Source: an uncultured Verrucomicrobiae bacterium
GTDB lineage: Bacteria > Verrucomicrobiota > Verrucomicrobiia > Chthoniobacterales > UBA10450
Direction: 5' to 3'
DNA length: 64,000 nucleotides
NCBI GenBank assembly: GCA_963772365.1
Contig: CAVYXA010000003.1
Location: forward strand, 736,001 to 800,000
Shown here in pieces: positions 1 to 11,693 of this stretch (position 1 is its first letter; each line of letters opens with the position of its first letter). The notes under the pieces were generated by a model that saw only the letters and a list, made by a program, of their open reading frames with translations, did no database searches and was not told the DNA's origin. Position numbers and translations under genes: made by a program.

Positions 1-1047
1 GGTCTTTGCGATCAGCGCGGTAGCCTGTTCGAGTTCCTTGCTTTGTTGACTTCGTTTGGCTTCGGCCGCTCCAATGTCTTTTCGGGCGCGCTCAATCAGT
101 TCAGCCAATTCGACCGCGCGCTGCCGGTTAAATTCGATTCGACTGCGGTTTGTGCCGATTTCGCTCTGCAATTGCTGAAGTTCGGAGCGTCCGTCCGCAA
201 TCTTGAGATCAATATCATCCAAGGTATGACGTTGCTCGCCAAGCGCGGTCTCGCCTACATCAATCTTGTTGCGCGCGGTGGCTTCGGATTCCTCCAGACG
301 CGTAATTTGCGCGCGACAAGCGGCCAGGTCGTTCTCCAGTGATCCCAGTTGCTTTCGAGAGTGATGAGTGTCGAGCGTTCGCAAGTCCGCGTGCAGCGAC
401 TGATAACGCCGCGCCTTGCCGGCCTGGCGTTGCAGCGAACCGATCTGGCGTTTCACTTCCTTGATGATGTCGCTCACACGAAGCAAATTCGCTTCAGTCG
501 CTTCGAGTTTACGGAGTGCTTCGCGTTTCTGCGTTTTGTATTTTGTAATTCCGGCCGCTTCTTCAAACACCGCGCGACGATCTTCCGGACGCGAGCTCAA
601 GATCATGTCGATCTTTCCCTGCTCCATCATCGAGTAGGCCGCGCGCGCCACACCTGTATCGGCGAACAGACTTTGGATATCGCGCAAACGGCACGCAGTC
701 TTGTTCAGGAAATATTCGGAGTTGCCATCGCGATAAACGCGGCGGGTTACGCGGATTTCGTTCCAATCGACATCAAGTTCTTGCGCGCAATCGGAAAAGG
801 TGACTGACACTTCAGCGAATCCGACAGGCTTGCGATTATCGGTTCCGTTGAAAATGACGTCAGCCATTTCGCCGCCGCGAAGCGACTTGGCAGATTGCTC
901 GCCCAAGACCCATTTGATGGCGTCGAGGACGTTGGATTTTCCGCAGCCGTTCGGTCCAACAATGGCGGTAACGCCCTCGTGGAAATTGAAAGTGGTTTTG
1001 TCGGCGAACGACTTGAAGCCGAACAACTCAAGCGAGTGTAAATGCAT
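1..1047 (-). CDS. smc: Chromosome segregation protein SMC, N-terminal part (runs off the window start)
   Basis: Manual translation from the ATG at 1047 gives MHLHSLELFGFKSFADKTTFNFHEGVTAIVGPNGCGKSNVLDAIKWVLGEQSAKSLRG (SMC Walker A). Absent from the ORF track, as expected for a frame with no stop in the window. Confidence 0.95.
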   Translation of the reverse strand, partial: MHLHSLELFGFKSFADKTTFNFHEGVTAIVGPNGCGKSNVLDAIKWVLGEQSAKSLRGGEMADVIFNGTDNRKPVGFAEVSVTFSDCAQELDVDWNEIRVTRRVYRDGNSEYFLNKTACRLRDIQSLFADTGVARAAYSMMEQGKIDMILSSRPEDRRAVFEEAAGITKYKTQKREALRKLEATEANLLRVSDIIKEVKRQIGSLQRQAGKARRYQSLHADLRTLDTHHSRKQLGSLENDLAACRAQITRLEESEATARNKIDVGETALGEQRHTLDDIDLKIADGRSELQQLQSEIGTNRSRIEFNRQRAVELAELIERARKDIGAAEAKRSQQSKELEQATALIAKT

Positions 1048-1201
1048 TTGGGGGGCAGCGAAAATCTATTCTCGCAGCCTTGGAAGGTCAATATAGAGGT
1101 GAATTCGGGGTTACAAGCTTAAAATTATACAATTTGGAGTGGTCAGGGTGCCAACCAACCGCAGGATATTGGGGTGGGCGGGCGATCCCGAGTTAGCTGC
1201 C

Positions 1202-2527
1202 TCAAACCGATCCTCTATTAAAGGTCACCGCGATCCGGCGAACAAAGAATAGTAAGGAGGCGATCCCAAGACATCCGCCGGTGAACAGGAATTCCTTCAC
1301 CGTCGCGTTCGACAAAATCCAAACAATGACGGCGATCGCCAAAACCGGAATCAATGTCACGCCGGGAAATTCAAATGGCTTGCCATCGGTGCGAACGTCG
1401 CGCCGCTTCAACTCCAAAGCAGCCAGGCAACAAAGAATGTAGAGCAGAAGCACGGCCATGTTTGAGAGCACCGCCAATTCCTGAAATGTGGACCAGAACG
1501 AAAGTCCAAATGCGGTCACCGCATAGGCCGCGATGGCGACATCGGGCGTGCGAAACTGCGGATGGATATGCGCAAACCATTTCGGCAAAACGCCGTCACG
1601 TCCGAAGGCAAAGACTATTCGAGGTGAGCTCAGGATATCGCTAGTCACAAAGCCGAATGCGGAAATCGCCATGCCTGCGAGCATGATTGTCCGACCGGCA
1701 TTGCCGAGAAATCGCGAAGCCGCTTCGGCCAGGGCGGTATCACCAAATTTTCCCAATTCGTTGCCGAGAACACCGAGCCCGACGAGTTGGATCAAAATAT
1801 AAAGCAAAGTCGTTATGCCAAGCGCGGTGAAGATTGCTCTGGGCACCGTGCGCGCAGGATTTTTGACTTCACCGCTCGGCATCAGTGCGACTTCCACGCC
1901 GACGAAAGCGAAGATCAGTTGCAAAACACTGCGACCCAACAGATCGCCGTGGGGCCAGCCAGGCCAGGAGAGCGCCTGCGGATGAATGAAGAAAAGACCT
2001 GCCGCGATAAAGATCACCAGTGGCGCAAGCTTGATGACTGTGATCGTTTCGACTGCTTTGGCACCGGCGCGGACACCGCGAATGTTGATCGCGCCTAGAA
2101 ACAGCAGGATCGACAAGATCGTGATGACATGACCAACTCGTGTGGCCAGGATCGGAATGAGACTGCCCACTGAGCTGGCAATGAGCGTAACAATTCCGGA
2201 AACCGCAAGAATGGCGGTCAGAAAATAAAGCACACCGCCCAAAAACCCGACGTACCGACCGAAGGCCACTTCGACATAGGAATAAAGTCCGCCGGTGAGG
2301 GAGACGCGGCTTCCCGCCATGGCGAACGAAGTGACGAACAAACACATGGCCAGAGCGCAAATGACGTAGGCAAGCGGCGCGGCCGCGCCAATTTGAAACG
2401 CGACAACGGCCGGCAAGGCAAAAATGCCCGCGCCAACGGTCGAGTTGACAATATTGGCAGTTAGCCCGGGAACGCCGATGGCCCGTATTAAACCCGATTC
2501 TTCTTTCAGTGCCGGCGGCGTGGGCAT
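1202..2527 (-). CDS. APC-family amino acid permease
   Basis: GLIRAIG..NSTVGAGIFALP, GGLYSY, FAFVGVE..EVKNPARTVPRA, GRDGVLP; multiple TM helices. Start taken at MPTPPA. Confidence 0.9.
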   Translation of the reverse strand: MPTPPALKEESGLIRAIGVPGLTANIVNSTVGAGIFALPAVVAFQIGAAAPLAYVICALAMCLFVTSFAMAGSRVSLTGGLYSYVEVAFGRYVGFLGGVLYFLTAILAVSGIVTLIASSVGSLIPILATRVGHVITILSILLFLGAINIRGVRAGAKAVETITVIKLAPLVIFIAAGLFFIHPQALSWPGWPHGDLLGRSVLQLIFAFVGVEVALMPSGEVKNPARTVPRAIFTALGITTLLYILIQLVGLGVLGNELGKFGDTALAEAASRFLGNAGRTIMLAGMAISAFGFVTSDILSSPRIVFAFGRDGVLPKWFAHIHPQFRTPDVAIAAYAVTAFGLSFWSTFQELAVLSNMAVLLLYILCCLAALELKRRDVRTDGKPFEFPGVTLIPVLAIAVIVWILSNATVKEFLFTGGCLGIASLLFFVRRIAVTFNRGSV

Positions 2528-2594
2528 TCGCGCAGGTTGGGTGAGAAACGCCGAAGGTTCAACGCCCAACTTCCAGCACTTGAATCTCCTGACC

Positions 2595-2690
2595 TGTCAT
2601 TCTGAGCAAAGCGAAGAATCTCCAATCATTCTGCCCAAGCGCCCCCGGAGAAAATTAGAATGGAGATGTTTCGCTCTGCTCAGCATGACA
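2595..2690. repeat. REP-like palindrome, TGTCAT...ATGACA (CGTC/TGTC-tagged type)
   Basis: TGTCATTCTGAGCAAAGCGAAGAATCTC ... GAGATGTTTCGCTCTGCTCAGCATGACA inverted arms; related copies at 4101, 21309, 22123, 38332 and 45185. Confidence 0.85.
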
Positions 2691-2747
2691 CGATAGCAAG
2701 CGGGTTGGACGTTGAACGATTCGGTTTCTTCCTCCATGCTTGACTCC

Positions 2748-4082
2748 ATGGAGCAAAAGTATCTCGAAGATTTGTACTCGTTTCTGAGGTTTCCCAGTGT
2801 TTCAACAGACGACAAATTCGCCGGCAACCTGCGGGATTGTGCGCAATGGCTATCGCAAAAGCTCGAACGCATCGGGTTGGAGTCAAAAGTCGTTCCCACT
2901 GCCGGACATCCCGTCGTCTGGGCGCGCAACAAACATCGACAAGACCGGCGCAGTGTTCTGATCTACGGCCACTATGATGTGCAGCCGCCCGACCCGCTGG
3001 AGCTGTGGGATTCCCCGCCGTTCGAGCCGGTCTTGAAGGACGGATACGTCTTTGCCCGCGGCTCGACCGACAACAAAGGTCAGATCCTCGCGCACATTCT
3101 CGGCATTCAGGAAGAGATCGAAAAAAAGGGTGACCTGCCGGTGAATGTCGATCTTGTCGTTGAAGGCGAAGAGGAAGTCGGCAGCACGAATCTGCCCAAA
3201 TTCCTGAAGGAAAATCGCGACAACCTGAAGTGCGATGTCGTTGTTGTGTCGGACACGGGAATGATTGCGAAGGGAACGCCAACGATGAGTTACGGATTGC
3301 GCGGCGTTGTGGGGCTGGAGCTCAAAGTCACCGGCCCAAAAATCGATTTGCATTCCGGTATTTACGGAGGAGCAGTGGCGAATCCGTTAGCGGCGATGTC
3401 GAAGTTGCTGGCGAGCGTGCACGATAAAGACGGCCACATCATGATTGCCGGTTTTTATGATGACGTGCAGCCGCTGGAAAAATGGGAACGCGAAATGTGG
3501 AGCAAACTCCCCGTTGATGCCGACAAGCTCGTGTTACAGGAAAGCGGCTCACCCGAGCTATTCGGCGAAAAAGGTTTCAGCACGTTCGAACGAATCTGGG
3601 CGCGGCCGACAGCTGAGATCAATGGCTTCGGCGGGGGGTATCAGGGCCAGGGCACGAAGACGGTGTTGCCGAGTTACGCTTTTGCCAAGCTAACCTTCCG
3701 GTTGGTGCCGAACCAAAAAGGCGACGCGATTGTCGATCTTGCTAAAAAACATTTTCAGAAAAATCTGCCGCCGGGAGTGACTCTCAAGTCCATCAGCGGC
3801 CATTCCGGTCCGTGGTATTTGACCGATCCGAACAGCGAATTCGGGAAAGCAGCACAGCGGGCGCTCAAAAAATCATTCAATCACGACGTCGCGCTAATCC
3901 GCGAGGGCGGCAGCATCCCGATCGTGTCCGATTTTCGAAACATTCTCGGCGCTGAGACGTTGTTATGCGGCCTGGCTTTGCCGGATTGCCGAGCCCATTC
4001 GCCCAATGAAAACTTTCCGCTGGAAAATCTGGAAGGCGGCATTCGAATGAACAAAGCCTTGTTGCAAGAGTTGGCAGGCTAA
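2748..4082 (+). CDS. M20-family dipeptidase
   Basis: YGHYDVQP, ARGSTDNKG, EGEEEVGS, DLHSG, GGSIP, HSPNENF motifs. Confidence 0.93.
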   Translation: MEQKYLEDLYSFLRFPSVSTDDKFAGNLRDCAQWLSQKLERIGLESKVVPTAGHPVVWARNKHRQDRRSVLIYGHYDVQPPDPLELWDSPPFEPVLKDGYVFARGSTDNKGQILAHILGIQEEIEKKGDLPVNVDLVVEGEEEVGSTNLPKFLKENRDNLKCDVVVVSDTGMIAKGTPTMSYGLRGVVGLELKVTGPKIDLHSGIYGGAVANPLAAMSKLLASVHDKDGHIMIAGFYDDVQPLEKWEREMWSKLPVDADKLVLQESGSPELFGEKGFSTFERIWARPTAEINGFGGGYQGQGTKTVLPSYAFAKLTFRLVPNQKGDAIVDLAKKHFQKNLPPGVTLKSISGHSGPWYLTDPNSEFGKAAQRALKKSFNHDVALIREGGSIPIVSDFRNILGAETLLCGLALPDCRAHSPNENFPLENLEGGIRMNKALLQELAG

Positions 4083-4100
4083 GCGGCTGCGCTCGATTAA

Positions 4101-4203
4101 TGTCATTCTGATCCGTCAGCCGCAGGAGAAGAATCTCTGGCCATTTGTAGGCTGACCGCGTCAAATTAATAGCTGGAGATGTTTCGCTTCACTCAACATG
4201 ACA
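4101..4203. repeat. REP-like palindrome (TGTCAT...ATGACA)
   Basis: TGTCATTCTGA...GAAGAATCTC and GAGATGTTTCGCTTCACTCAACATGACA arms; overlaps the first codons of the next ORF. Confidence 0.8.
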
Positions 4204-5201
4204 GGTGGTTGATTTTCGCGTTAATCGGCATCTGTCTTTTCGCGCCTGCGAGTCAGTCAGCCGAACAATCGTTAGGCGACAAGATCAAGAAATTTTTCGC
4301 TCCATCGCCGACCCCGACTCCGCACAAGAAGCGGAAGACAACATCGACAAGGAAAAAATCCTCACCTTCTTCCAAGGCGAAGTCGAAAAGTTCCCCGACA
4401 CCCTCTGCGTCGCCAAAACGTCATAAGAAGAGTTCGCCCAAGCCCACTCCGGAAGAAAGCGCAACGCCTTCGGCGAAAAAGAAAAAGCACAAGGCTTCGC
4501 CAACGCCATCAGGAACGGAAATTCCATCGCCGGCCCCAAGTGAAACTCCGACACCGTCCCCACATGAAACGGCCGGCGCGGAGGAAGGGTCGCGACCAAC
4601 GCCCACGGTTACAGAAACGCCTAAGAAAGAGCGGGCGCCGGTTTCGATTCCTCCAGAGCAAATCATCGGATACCAGGATTACCCAGCCCAGGTGAAGAAG
4701 GTGGTCGGTCTCGCGTTGGACCTGGCGGGTCGCGGGCTCGATTACAAATATGGATCAGCCGATCCGGATAGTGGCGGCATGGATTGCTCCGGCTTTGTTT
4801 ATTACGTGCTCACACAGACGGGTGTAGCGGATGTGCCCCGCGATTCGGCGGGGCAATATGCGTGGGTCCGGAAGTCGGGAAATTTCGAAGCAGTCATCAG
4901 CCACAAGGAAGACACATTCGAGCTGAACAATCTCAAGGCGGGCGATCTGCTTTTCTGGACTGGAACTTATGAAATCGATCGCGATCCGCCGATCACTCAC
5001 GCGATGATTTATCTAGGTCGGGAAAAGAATACCAAGAAACGGATCATGATCGGGGCCAGTGATGGCAGAACTTACCATGGCAAATCTCGTTATGGCGTAA
5101 GCGTGTTCGATTTCAAAATTACGCCGCCAGAGAAAACAAAGGAAGGTCGCTTAACCCCGACTTTTGTCGGTTACGGCCACGTGCCGGGATTAAGCGAATG
5201 A
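4179..5201 (+). CDS. Secreted NlpC/P60 cell-wall peptidase with Lys/Ser/Pro-rich N-terminal linker
   Basis: Hydrophobic signal, low-complexity SPTP/KKK region, YKYGS..GMDCSGFV, GDLLF, THAMIYLG. Confidence 0.88.
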   Translation: MFRFTQHDRWLIFALIGICLFAPASQSAEQSLGDKIKKFFAPSPTPTPHKKRKTTSTRKKSSPSSKAKSKSSPTPSASPKRHKKSSPKPTPEESATPSAKKKKHKASPTPSGTEIPSPAPSETPTPSPHETAGAEEGSRPTPTVTETPKKERAPVSIPPEQIIGYQDYPAQVKKVVGLALDLAGRGLDYKYGSADPDSGGMDCSGFVYYVLTQTGVADVPRDSAGQYAWVRKSGNFEAVISHKEDTFELNNLKAGDLLFWTGTYEIDRDPPITHAMIYLGREKNTKKRIMIGASDGRTYHGKSRYGVSVFDFKITPPEKTKEGRLTPTFVGYGHVPGLSE

Positions 5202-5398
5202 TCATCCGATGGGTCGATCTAACCCCGGGAAATGATTGTCTATTCTTTACACGTTGAAGAGGCGCACCGATACAAGCAAGCAGAGGAAGCTGACTAAGTA
5301 TCCCGTCGGCGACGCGTTGAGTCGTCACCGTGGTTTCTTTAAATGTGATGCTCATCGCATCGCATTCTTCGTCGTAGCTGATTTCATAGGACGTTGCT

Positions 5399-5605
5399 CT
5401 ACAAATTTTTGAACTCTTCTTCGCTTAATCTTGCCTGTTTCAGAATAGTCCGAAAAGTGCCACTCGGGACATCTTTCGTGTGCATCGCCACGTACGTTTG
5501 GCGGCCATCGGGGTGGCGCAATACAACATGCGATCCTGATTGCCGCTTCACGACGAAGCCGGCGCGTTGCAGCCGAGCCAGTACCTCACGCGCTTTGTAG
5601 GGCAC
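5399..5605 (-). CDS. hicA: HicA mRNA interferase toxin
   Basis: [36 protein letters not shown] is the HicA pattern. Confidence 0.93.
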   Translation of the reverse strand: MPYKAREVLARLQRAGFVVKRQSGSHVVLRHPDGRQTYVAMHTKDVPSGTFRTILKQARLSEEEFKNL

Positions 5606-5834
5606 TTTCGGAAATCTCGATGGTTGAGAAAAAGAACTCCGACGGCAGTTCTATTGATTCGCCTGCAGCTTTCTTTTCCGCCAGCCAAAGCTTCACCAAA
5701 TCTTCTGCCGCCGCGCGCGCGCCTTCGATCCCCTCGCCGTGCGTCGTTAAGCCCAAGGCCGGCACATGGGCATAATAAAAACCGGAGGGGAACTCGCCAT
5801 TTTCGATTTTCTCAAAGAGGATTCCGTACGTCAT
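5586..5834 (-). CDS. hicB: Short HicB antitoxin (no DNA-binding tail)
   Basis: [27 protein letters not shown]; overlaps hicA, in hicB-hicA order. Confidence 0.88.
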   Translation of the reverse strand: MTYGILFEKIENGEFPSGFYYAHVPALGLTTHGEGIEGARAAAEDLVKLWLAEKKAAGESIELPSEFFFSTIEISESALQSA

Positions 5835-5943
5835 CGCACTATTTTATACCACTTCGATTGTTCTGTCGCGAATTTGAGGGCGGCAGCTGCAGTCGCCTCT
5901 GTGTGTCGTGTAAAAATCGATAGCAGTGACTAAGCTGTGACGC

Positions 5944-6498
5944 TCACAAGCCTCCAATTGGTGTTCCGTCGAGCGATAGTCCTAAACTTCTCCATAACCT
6001 CGTCACTAATTTACCTACGGTTACATCCCAGTCTTCTGACCAATAGAAGACCGGATCCATCTGCTCCCAACCACGCGCGATTGGATAGCGTCCCTGATAA
6101 CGCGCGACATCCGATAGTCTTGTGAGGATATGTCGCTCCGAACCTTTTAGTACCATTTCGGCATCATCACAAATCGCGGGCAAATTATGCCATTGTGGTT
6201 TCTTCTTCTTTTCGCAAGGCAATCCCGTATATCTGCCCTGATTTATTAAAGTATTTCCTTTGCTCAACCAAACTGCCTTCAGTAGGGCTTCTAATGCGAA
6301 AGCGGTAAGCAAGCGCTCTACTCCATCTGTTCTCATCGCCAGTGACACTGTTTGGACCGGTGTAGACGACCCAAGCACACGCTCCGTTTCCTTTTGGCGC
6401 TCCTGGCTCAAGATCATGCTTGCCCCGAAGAGACTAGAAGCAGATGCGGCCCAGTTGGCAGGATTGTTACCGATCTGCGTAAACCAAGTACTCGACAT
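5944..6498 (-). CDS. Hypothetical protein, HEPN-like
   Basis: LLTAFALEALLKAVW...WHNLPAIC...RYP resembles the HEPN helix pattern (ExxLKA...HxL); lower GC than the flanks; start uncertain (6498 or 6552). Confidence 0.5.
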   Translation of the reverse strand: MSSTWFTQIGNNPANWAASASSLFGASMILSQERQKETERVLGSSTPVQTVSLAMRTDGVERLLTAFALEALLKAVWLSKGNTLINQGRYTGLPCEKKKKPQWHNLPAICDDAEMVLKGSERHILTRLSDVARYQGRYPIARGWEQMDPVFYWSEDWDVTVGKLVTRLWRSLGLSLDGTPIGGL

Positions 6499-6587
6499 AA
6501 TGAAACCGCCGTCTCTTTTGATCCTCGGTGCCTTTTTTGTGCCGTCTCTCACATCAGTCGCGGTTCGCAGTTTCGCCGCTGTACTGC

Positions 6588-8279
<1,692 letters not shown>

Positions 8280-8522
8280 TTATAATTCGGTTTTAGTGGA
8301 AGAATGCGCACCGGCGATTTTTACACGAAAATCAGAGTGGTGACAATTTCTAGCCGCTGATTCCTCGCGCGCGATTTCTTCCGATGTCGGCATTTAGTAG
8401 GCGAAATCCTACTCGAAAGTTCTGAGAATGGGAGTGGAAAAACTCTGAAGGGATCGTGTCTGTTCTCTCGCGAACGATGACGTTCCGGGTTTGATTCGGT
8501 GACGATTTTCGCTTCCTGGATT

Positions 8523-8726
8523 TCAGTCGCCGGGCTCGTCTTCCGGTGGGGCTGGCGAAGGCGACACAGTCGTTGTTTTCGATGTCGATGCTGAGGTTGC
8601 CGGAGCAACCAGCGACTGGTCATTGCGATAATATCTGGCGAGTGCCGCCGCGAGTATCGCCATCACGATGAGAGTTACCGCGCGCTGTTCGCCTTTCGTT
8701 AGTTCGAAAATACCCGGCAACTTCAT
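8523..8726 (-). CDS. Small single-TM protein coupled to queC
   Basis: ATGA overlap with the queC stop; [34 protein letters not shown] followed by an S/T/P tail. Confidence 0.6.
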   Translation of the reverse strand: MKLPGIFELTKGEQRAVTLIVMAILAAALARYYRNDQSLVAPATSASTSKTTTVSPSPAPPEDEPGD

Positions 8727-9409
8727 TTTGACGCATACTGGATCGGATCGGCGACACCAGCTTCGCGAAATCCCTTCAGGCGCAACTGACACGAGTCGCA
8801 TTTGCCGCAGGCTAGGCCTTCGGGAGTTGGGTCGTAACAACTCTGGGTAAGCGAAAGATCGACACCGAGATCGATCGCTTTCCGGATGATCTGGGCTTTT
8901 GAAAATTTGATTAGAGGCGCGTGGATTTGAAACCGGCGGCCTTCGACACCGGCTTTGGTGCCGATATTTGCCAGCGTTTCAAACAGCGCAATGAATTCCG
9001 GCCGGCAATCGGGATAACCACTGTAATCAATCGCATTTACGCCCAAATAAATATGCGCGGCGCCAAGCACCTCCGCCCATGCCAGCGCATAGGAAAGAAA
9101 AATCGTATTGCGAGCCGGGACGTAAGTGATCGGAATGCCGCGCGCGATTTCCTCTTCCGATCGCGACTTTGGTACATCGAGATCATCCGTGAGAGCCGAG
9201 CTGCCGAAAACACGTAGATCGATTTGCGTGATTCGATGTTCTTTTGCGTCAAGCGATTTGGCTACGCGTCGGGCCGCCTCGAGTTCCTGCCGATGTCGTT
9301 GGCCGTAAGCGAACGACAAAGCGTATGCCTCATAACCAGCAGCGATCGCGATGGCCAGCGTGATCGCCGAATCAATTCCACCGCTTAACAGGACCACCGC
9401 GTGTTTCAT
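8723..9409 (-). CDS. queC: 7-cyano-7-deazaguanine synthase
   Basis: [44 protein letters not shown]. Confidence 0.97.
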   Translation of the reverse strand: MKHAVVLLSGGIDSAITLAIAIAAGYEAYALSFAYGQRHRQELEAARRVAKSLDAKEHRITQIDLRVFGSSALTDDLDVPKSRSEEEIARGIPITYVPARNTIFLSYALAWAEVLGAAHIYLGVNAIDYSGYPDCRPEFIALFETLANIGTKAGVEGRRFQIHAPLIKFSKAQIIRKAIDLGVDLSLTQSCYDPTPEGLACGKCDSCQLRLKGFREAGVADPIQYASK

Positions 9410-9480
9410 TAGCGCGACTTTATCACGTCACGTCAGGCAAAGTCGATACATCGAAAAAAACGTTCTCAGGTTTTCGCGAA

Positions 9481-9590
9481 GCTTTGGGAGTGCGATGCCT
9501 TGGCATCGCTTTCGGGCATCAGTGTGATCTGTGACTGCCGGCGGCAGCGCGTCGAAAAAAGCGGCGCCAAGTCGCCGCACTCCAAAGCGC
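9481..9590. repeat. REP doublet of the GGAGTGCG...CGCACTCC type
   Basis: GCTTTGGGAGTGCGATGCCTTGGCATCGCTTT and its inverted mate AAAGCGGCGCCAAGTCGCCGCACTCCAAAGC between queF and queC. Confidence 0.8.
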
Positions 9591-9610
9591 TTCGCGCGAA
9601 ATTTCACCAC

Positions 9611-10024
9611 TTATTCGGTATTCGGATGTTGCGCCCGTACCGTTAAGGCAATTCCCCCGCGTGCCGAAAACCGCGCCGTAACGATTGCTTCTCGAGGCGC
9701 GCATGCCTTAACAAAATCATCTAGAATGCGATTGGTCACAGCTTCATTAAATGTCCGCTCGTTGCGAAACGAGGCGAGATAAAATTTGAGCGATTTGCTT
9801 TCGACGCAAAGCCGGTCGGGCACATAATCGATCTCGATCCTGGCAAAGTCGGCCTGACCAGTCACGGGACAAAGCGATGTGAAATCGTCAGTTTCAAAAT
9901 GAATTCGATAATTTCGCCGGGCCGGATTCGGAAATGTTTCCAAGCGCGCCTCGGACGGTGAAGCGGGAATTTTTGCTTCGCTCCGGCCGAGCAATGTTAA
10001 TCGCGATGATTTGGCCTTTGGCAC
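9611..10024 (-). CDS. queF: NADPH-dependent preQ0 reductase (unimodular QueF)
   Basis: FTSLCPVTGQADF, CVESKSLKFYL, F.ARGGI. Confidence 0.96.
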   Translation of the reverse strand: MPKAKSSRLTLLGRSEAKIPASPSEARLETFPNPARRNYRIHFETDDFTSLCPVTGQADFARIEIDYVPDRLCVESKSLKFYLASFRNERTFNEAVTNRILDDFVKACAPREAIVTARFSARGGIALTVRAQHPNTE

Positions 10025-10109
10025 GCTGGCAATTAACTATCCAGCGGCCGGAGTTCAACGACAACATGGCCACGCGTAAGGCGACGATTAAAAGCGATCT
10101 CTTAGCGAT

Positions 10110-10832
10110 ATGGACAACGATTTGAGTCGGCGGGCTCTGCTTAGAGCCGGTCTGATGGCTGCCGTCGCGGTTCCTTTCGTTCCGCTGCTTGGGAGCGCTG
10201 CGGAAGGAAAGAAGGAAGAAGAAGTTGCACCGGGCGAAGATTTAATGAGGGAGCACGGCGTGTTGAAGCGGATCTTGCTCATTTATGAGGAAGCGATTCG
10301 CCGGATCGATTCCAAGAACGATTTGCCGCCGGATACCGTGGCTGACTCAGCCAAGATTATTCGTAATTTCATCGAGGATTATCACGAAAAGCTGGAGGAG
10401 AACTTTTTGTTCCCGCGTCTCGAAAAGGCGAACCAGTCCGCCATTGGGCAGACTCGCCGTGGCGAGCTTGTCGATCTTGTGAAGGTGCTGCGCGAACAGC
10501 ATGAAGCTGGGCGACGAGCAACCGACGTCACGATGCGGTTCGCCACCAATCAGGCTCTCAAGAATCCCGGCGATCGGGCCAAGCTGATTGATTCGATGCA
10601 GCAGTTCATCCGGATGTACAATCCGCACGAAGCTCGCGAGGACACGGTGCTATTTCCGGCGTTCCGCAAAATCGTTACCCAACACGAGTACGACTCTCTC
10701 GGAGAAGATTTCGAGAAGAAGGAGCACGAACTCTTCGGCGAGGACGGGTTTGACCAAATGGTGGATCGTGTCGCCGGGATCGAAAAGAAGCTAGGCATCT
10801 ATAATCTGGCGCAGTTCACGCCGACGATTTGA
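10110..10832 (+). CDS. Tat-exported hemerythrin/HHE-domain protein
   Basis: SRRALL Tat motif; EDLMREHG, DYHEKLEE..LFP, EQH, PHEAREDTVLFP. Confidence 0.85.
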   Translation: MDNDLSRRALLRAGLMAAVAVPFVPLLGSAAEGKKEEEVAPGEDLMREHGVLKRILLIYEEAIRRIDSKNDLPPDTVADSAKIIRNFIEDYHEKLEENFLFPRLEKANQSAIGQTRRGELVDLVKVLREQHEAGRRATDVTMRFATNQALKNPGDRAKLIDSMQQFIRMYNPHEAREDTVLFPAFRKIVTQHEYDSLGEDFEKKEHELFGEDGFDQMVDRVAGIEKKLGIYNLAQFTPTI

Positions 10833-10866
10833 AGAACGCTTCTGTCGATGCTCCCTGTAGAATGCG

Positions 10867-11190
10867 ATGAAACGCATTTCGGTGATCGACATTATTGGCC
10901 ACGATCCGAAAACGGATGAGGCCGTGCTCGTGATGAACGAGCCGCAGGATTGGGACGGCTCGGCTGAACGGCTGCACGAATTGCAGGAGCGTTTCAATAC
11001 CTACGTATCGTTTCTGTTAGACGGCGAATTTGCCGAAACTCATCCTGAGCTTGCCGGGAAGCGCGCTCGGATCGAGGTCCGCTGCAAACATATGCCCGAT
11101 GGGCGCGCGCTCGAAATGCTGGGGATGATTCACGACCAACTGGCGTTTCAAGAGATCCGGATGGAAGTCGTCGTAAGAGGAAGCGACTAA
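10867..11190 (+). CDS. Conserved hypothetical protein (DUF6572-like)
   Basis: VIDII..D..T.E.VLVM.E...W....L..LQERFNTY.SF.LDGE pattern. Confidence 0.6.
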   Translation: MKRISVIDIIGHDPKTDEAVLVMNEPQDWDGSAERLHELQERFNTYVSFLLDGEFAETHPELAGKRARIEVRCKHMPDGRALEMLGMIHDQLAFQEIRMEVVVRGSD

Positions 11191-11609
11191 CTTTTCTCGC
11201 TGAGGGAACGAAAGTACCATCTTACATTCGGTTTAAAATAAAAATACCACGCTGAAGCGCAGCCGAGCAGAGTTGAGTTGATGAGAGCGCGCCACATGAT
11301 GATCGCGCTGATCCAGCCCAACGTTCGGGTGGCGATCGCATAAACAAAAATCAGGATCGGAATCGCCATCACCGGAATGCGCACCCATACTTTTCGCGAG
11401 GCGAGTCCATAAGAACTGAGCGCCATCAAAATGCCGATGACGGCAACCAACGGCGCGGCGACATGGAGCCAGTCGCTGCGTGTCACGATCTCGCCGCCCA
11501 TTCGCGGTGGCGCGATTCGCAGATAAACGAGCAAGATCGACAGATACATCCCAACAGTGGCCAATGCAGCTAGCCAGATGAGAATTCGGATCACGAAGGG
11601 TTGTTTCAT
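11187..11609 (-). CDS. Hypothetical membrane protein (about 4 TM)
   Basis: Hydrophobic ORF from MKQPFVIR, ending WYFYFKPNVRWYF. Confidence 0.65.
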   Translation of the reverse strand: MKQPFVIRILIWLAALATVGMYLSILLVYLRIAPPRMGGEIVTRSDWLHVAAPLVAVIGILMALSSYGLASRKVWVRIPVMAIPILIFVYAIATRTLGWISAIIMWRALINSTLLGCASAWYFYFKPNVRWYFRSLSEKS

Positions 11610-11693
11610 GGGTGAACCGGTCACAGGCCGGTTGGCTAAACATAGCCACGCCGCTGCGCGAGGTCGATACCTTCGCAAGCAGACGCGCGAACC

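Noticed and set aside
10025..10109. preQ1 riboswitch upstream of queF
   Set aside because: No recognisable preQ1 stem with an A-rich tail in this short divergent intergenic region.
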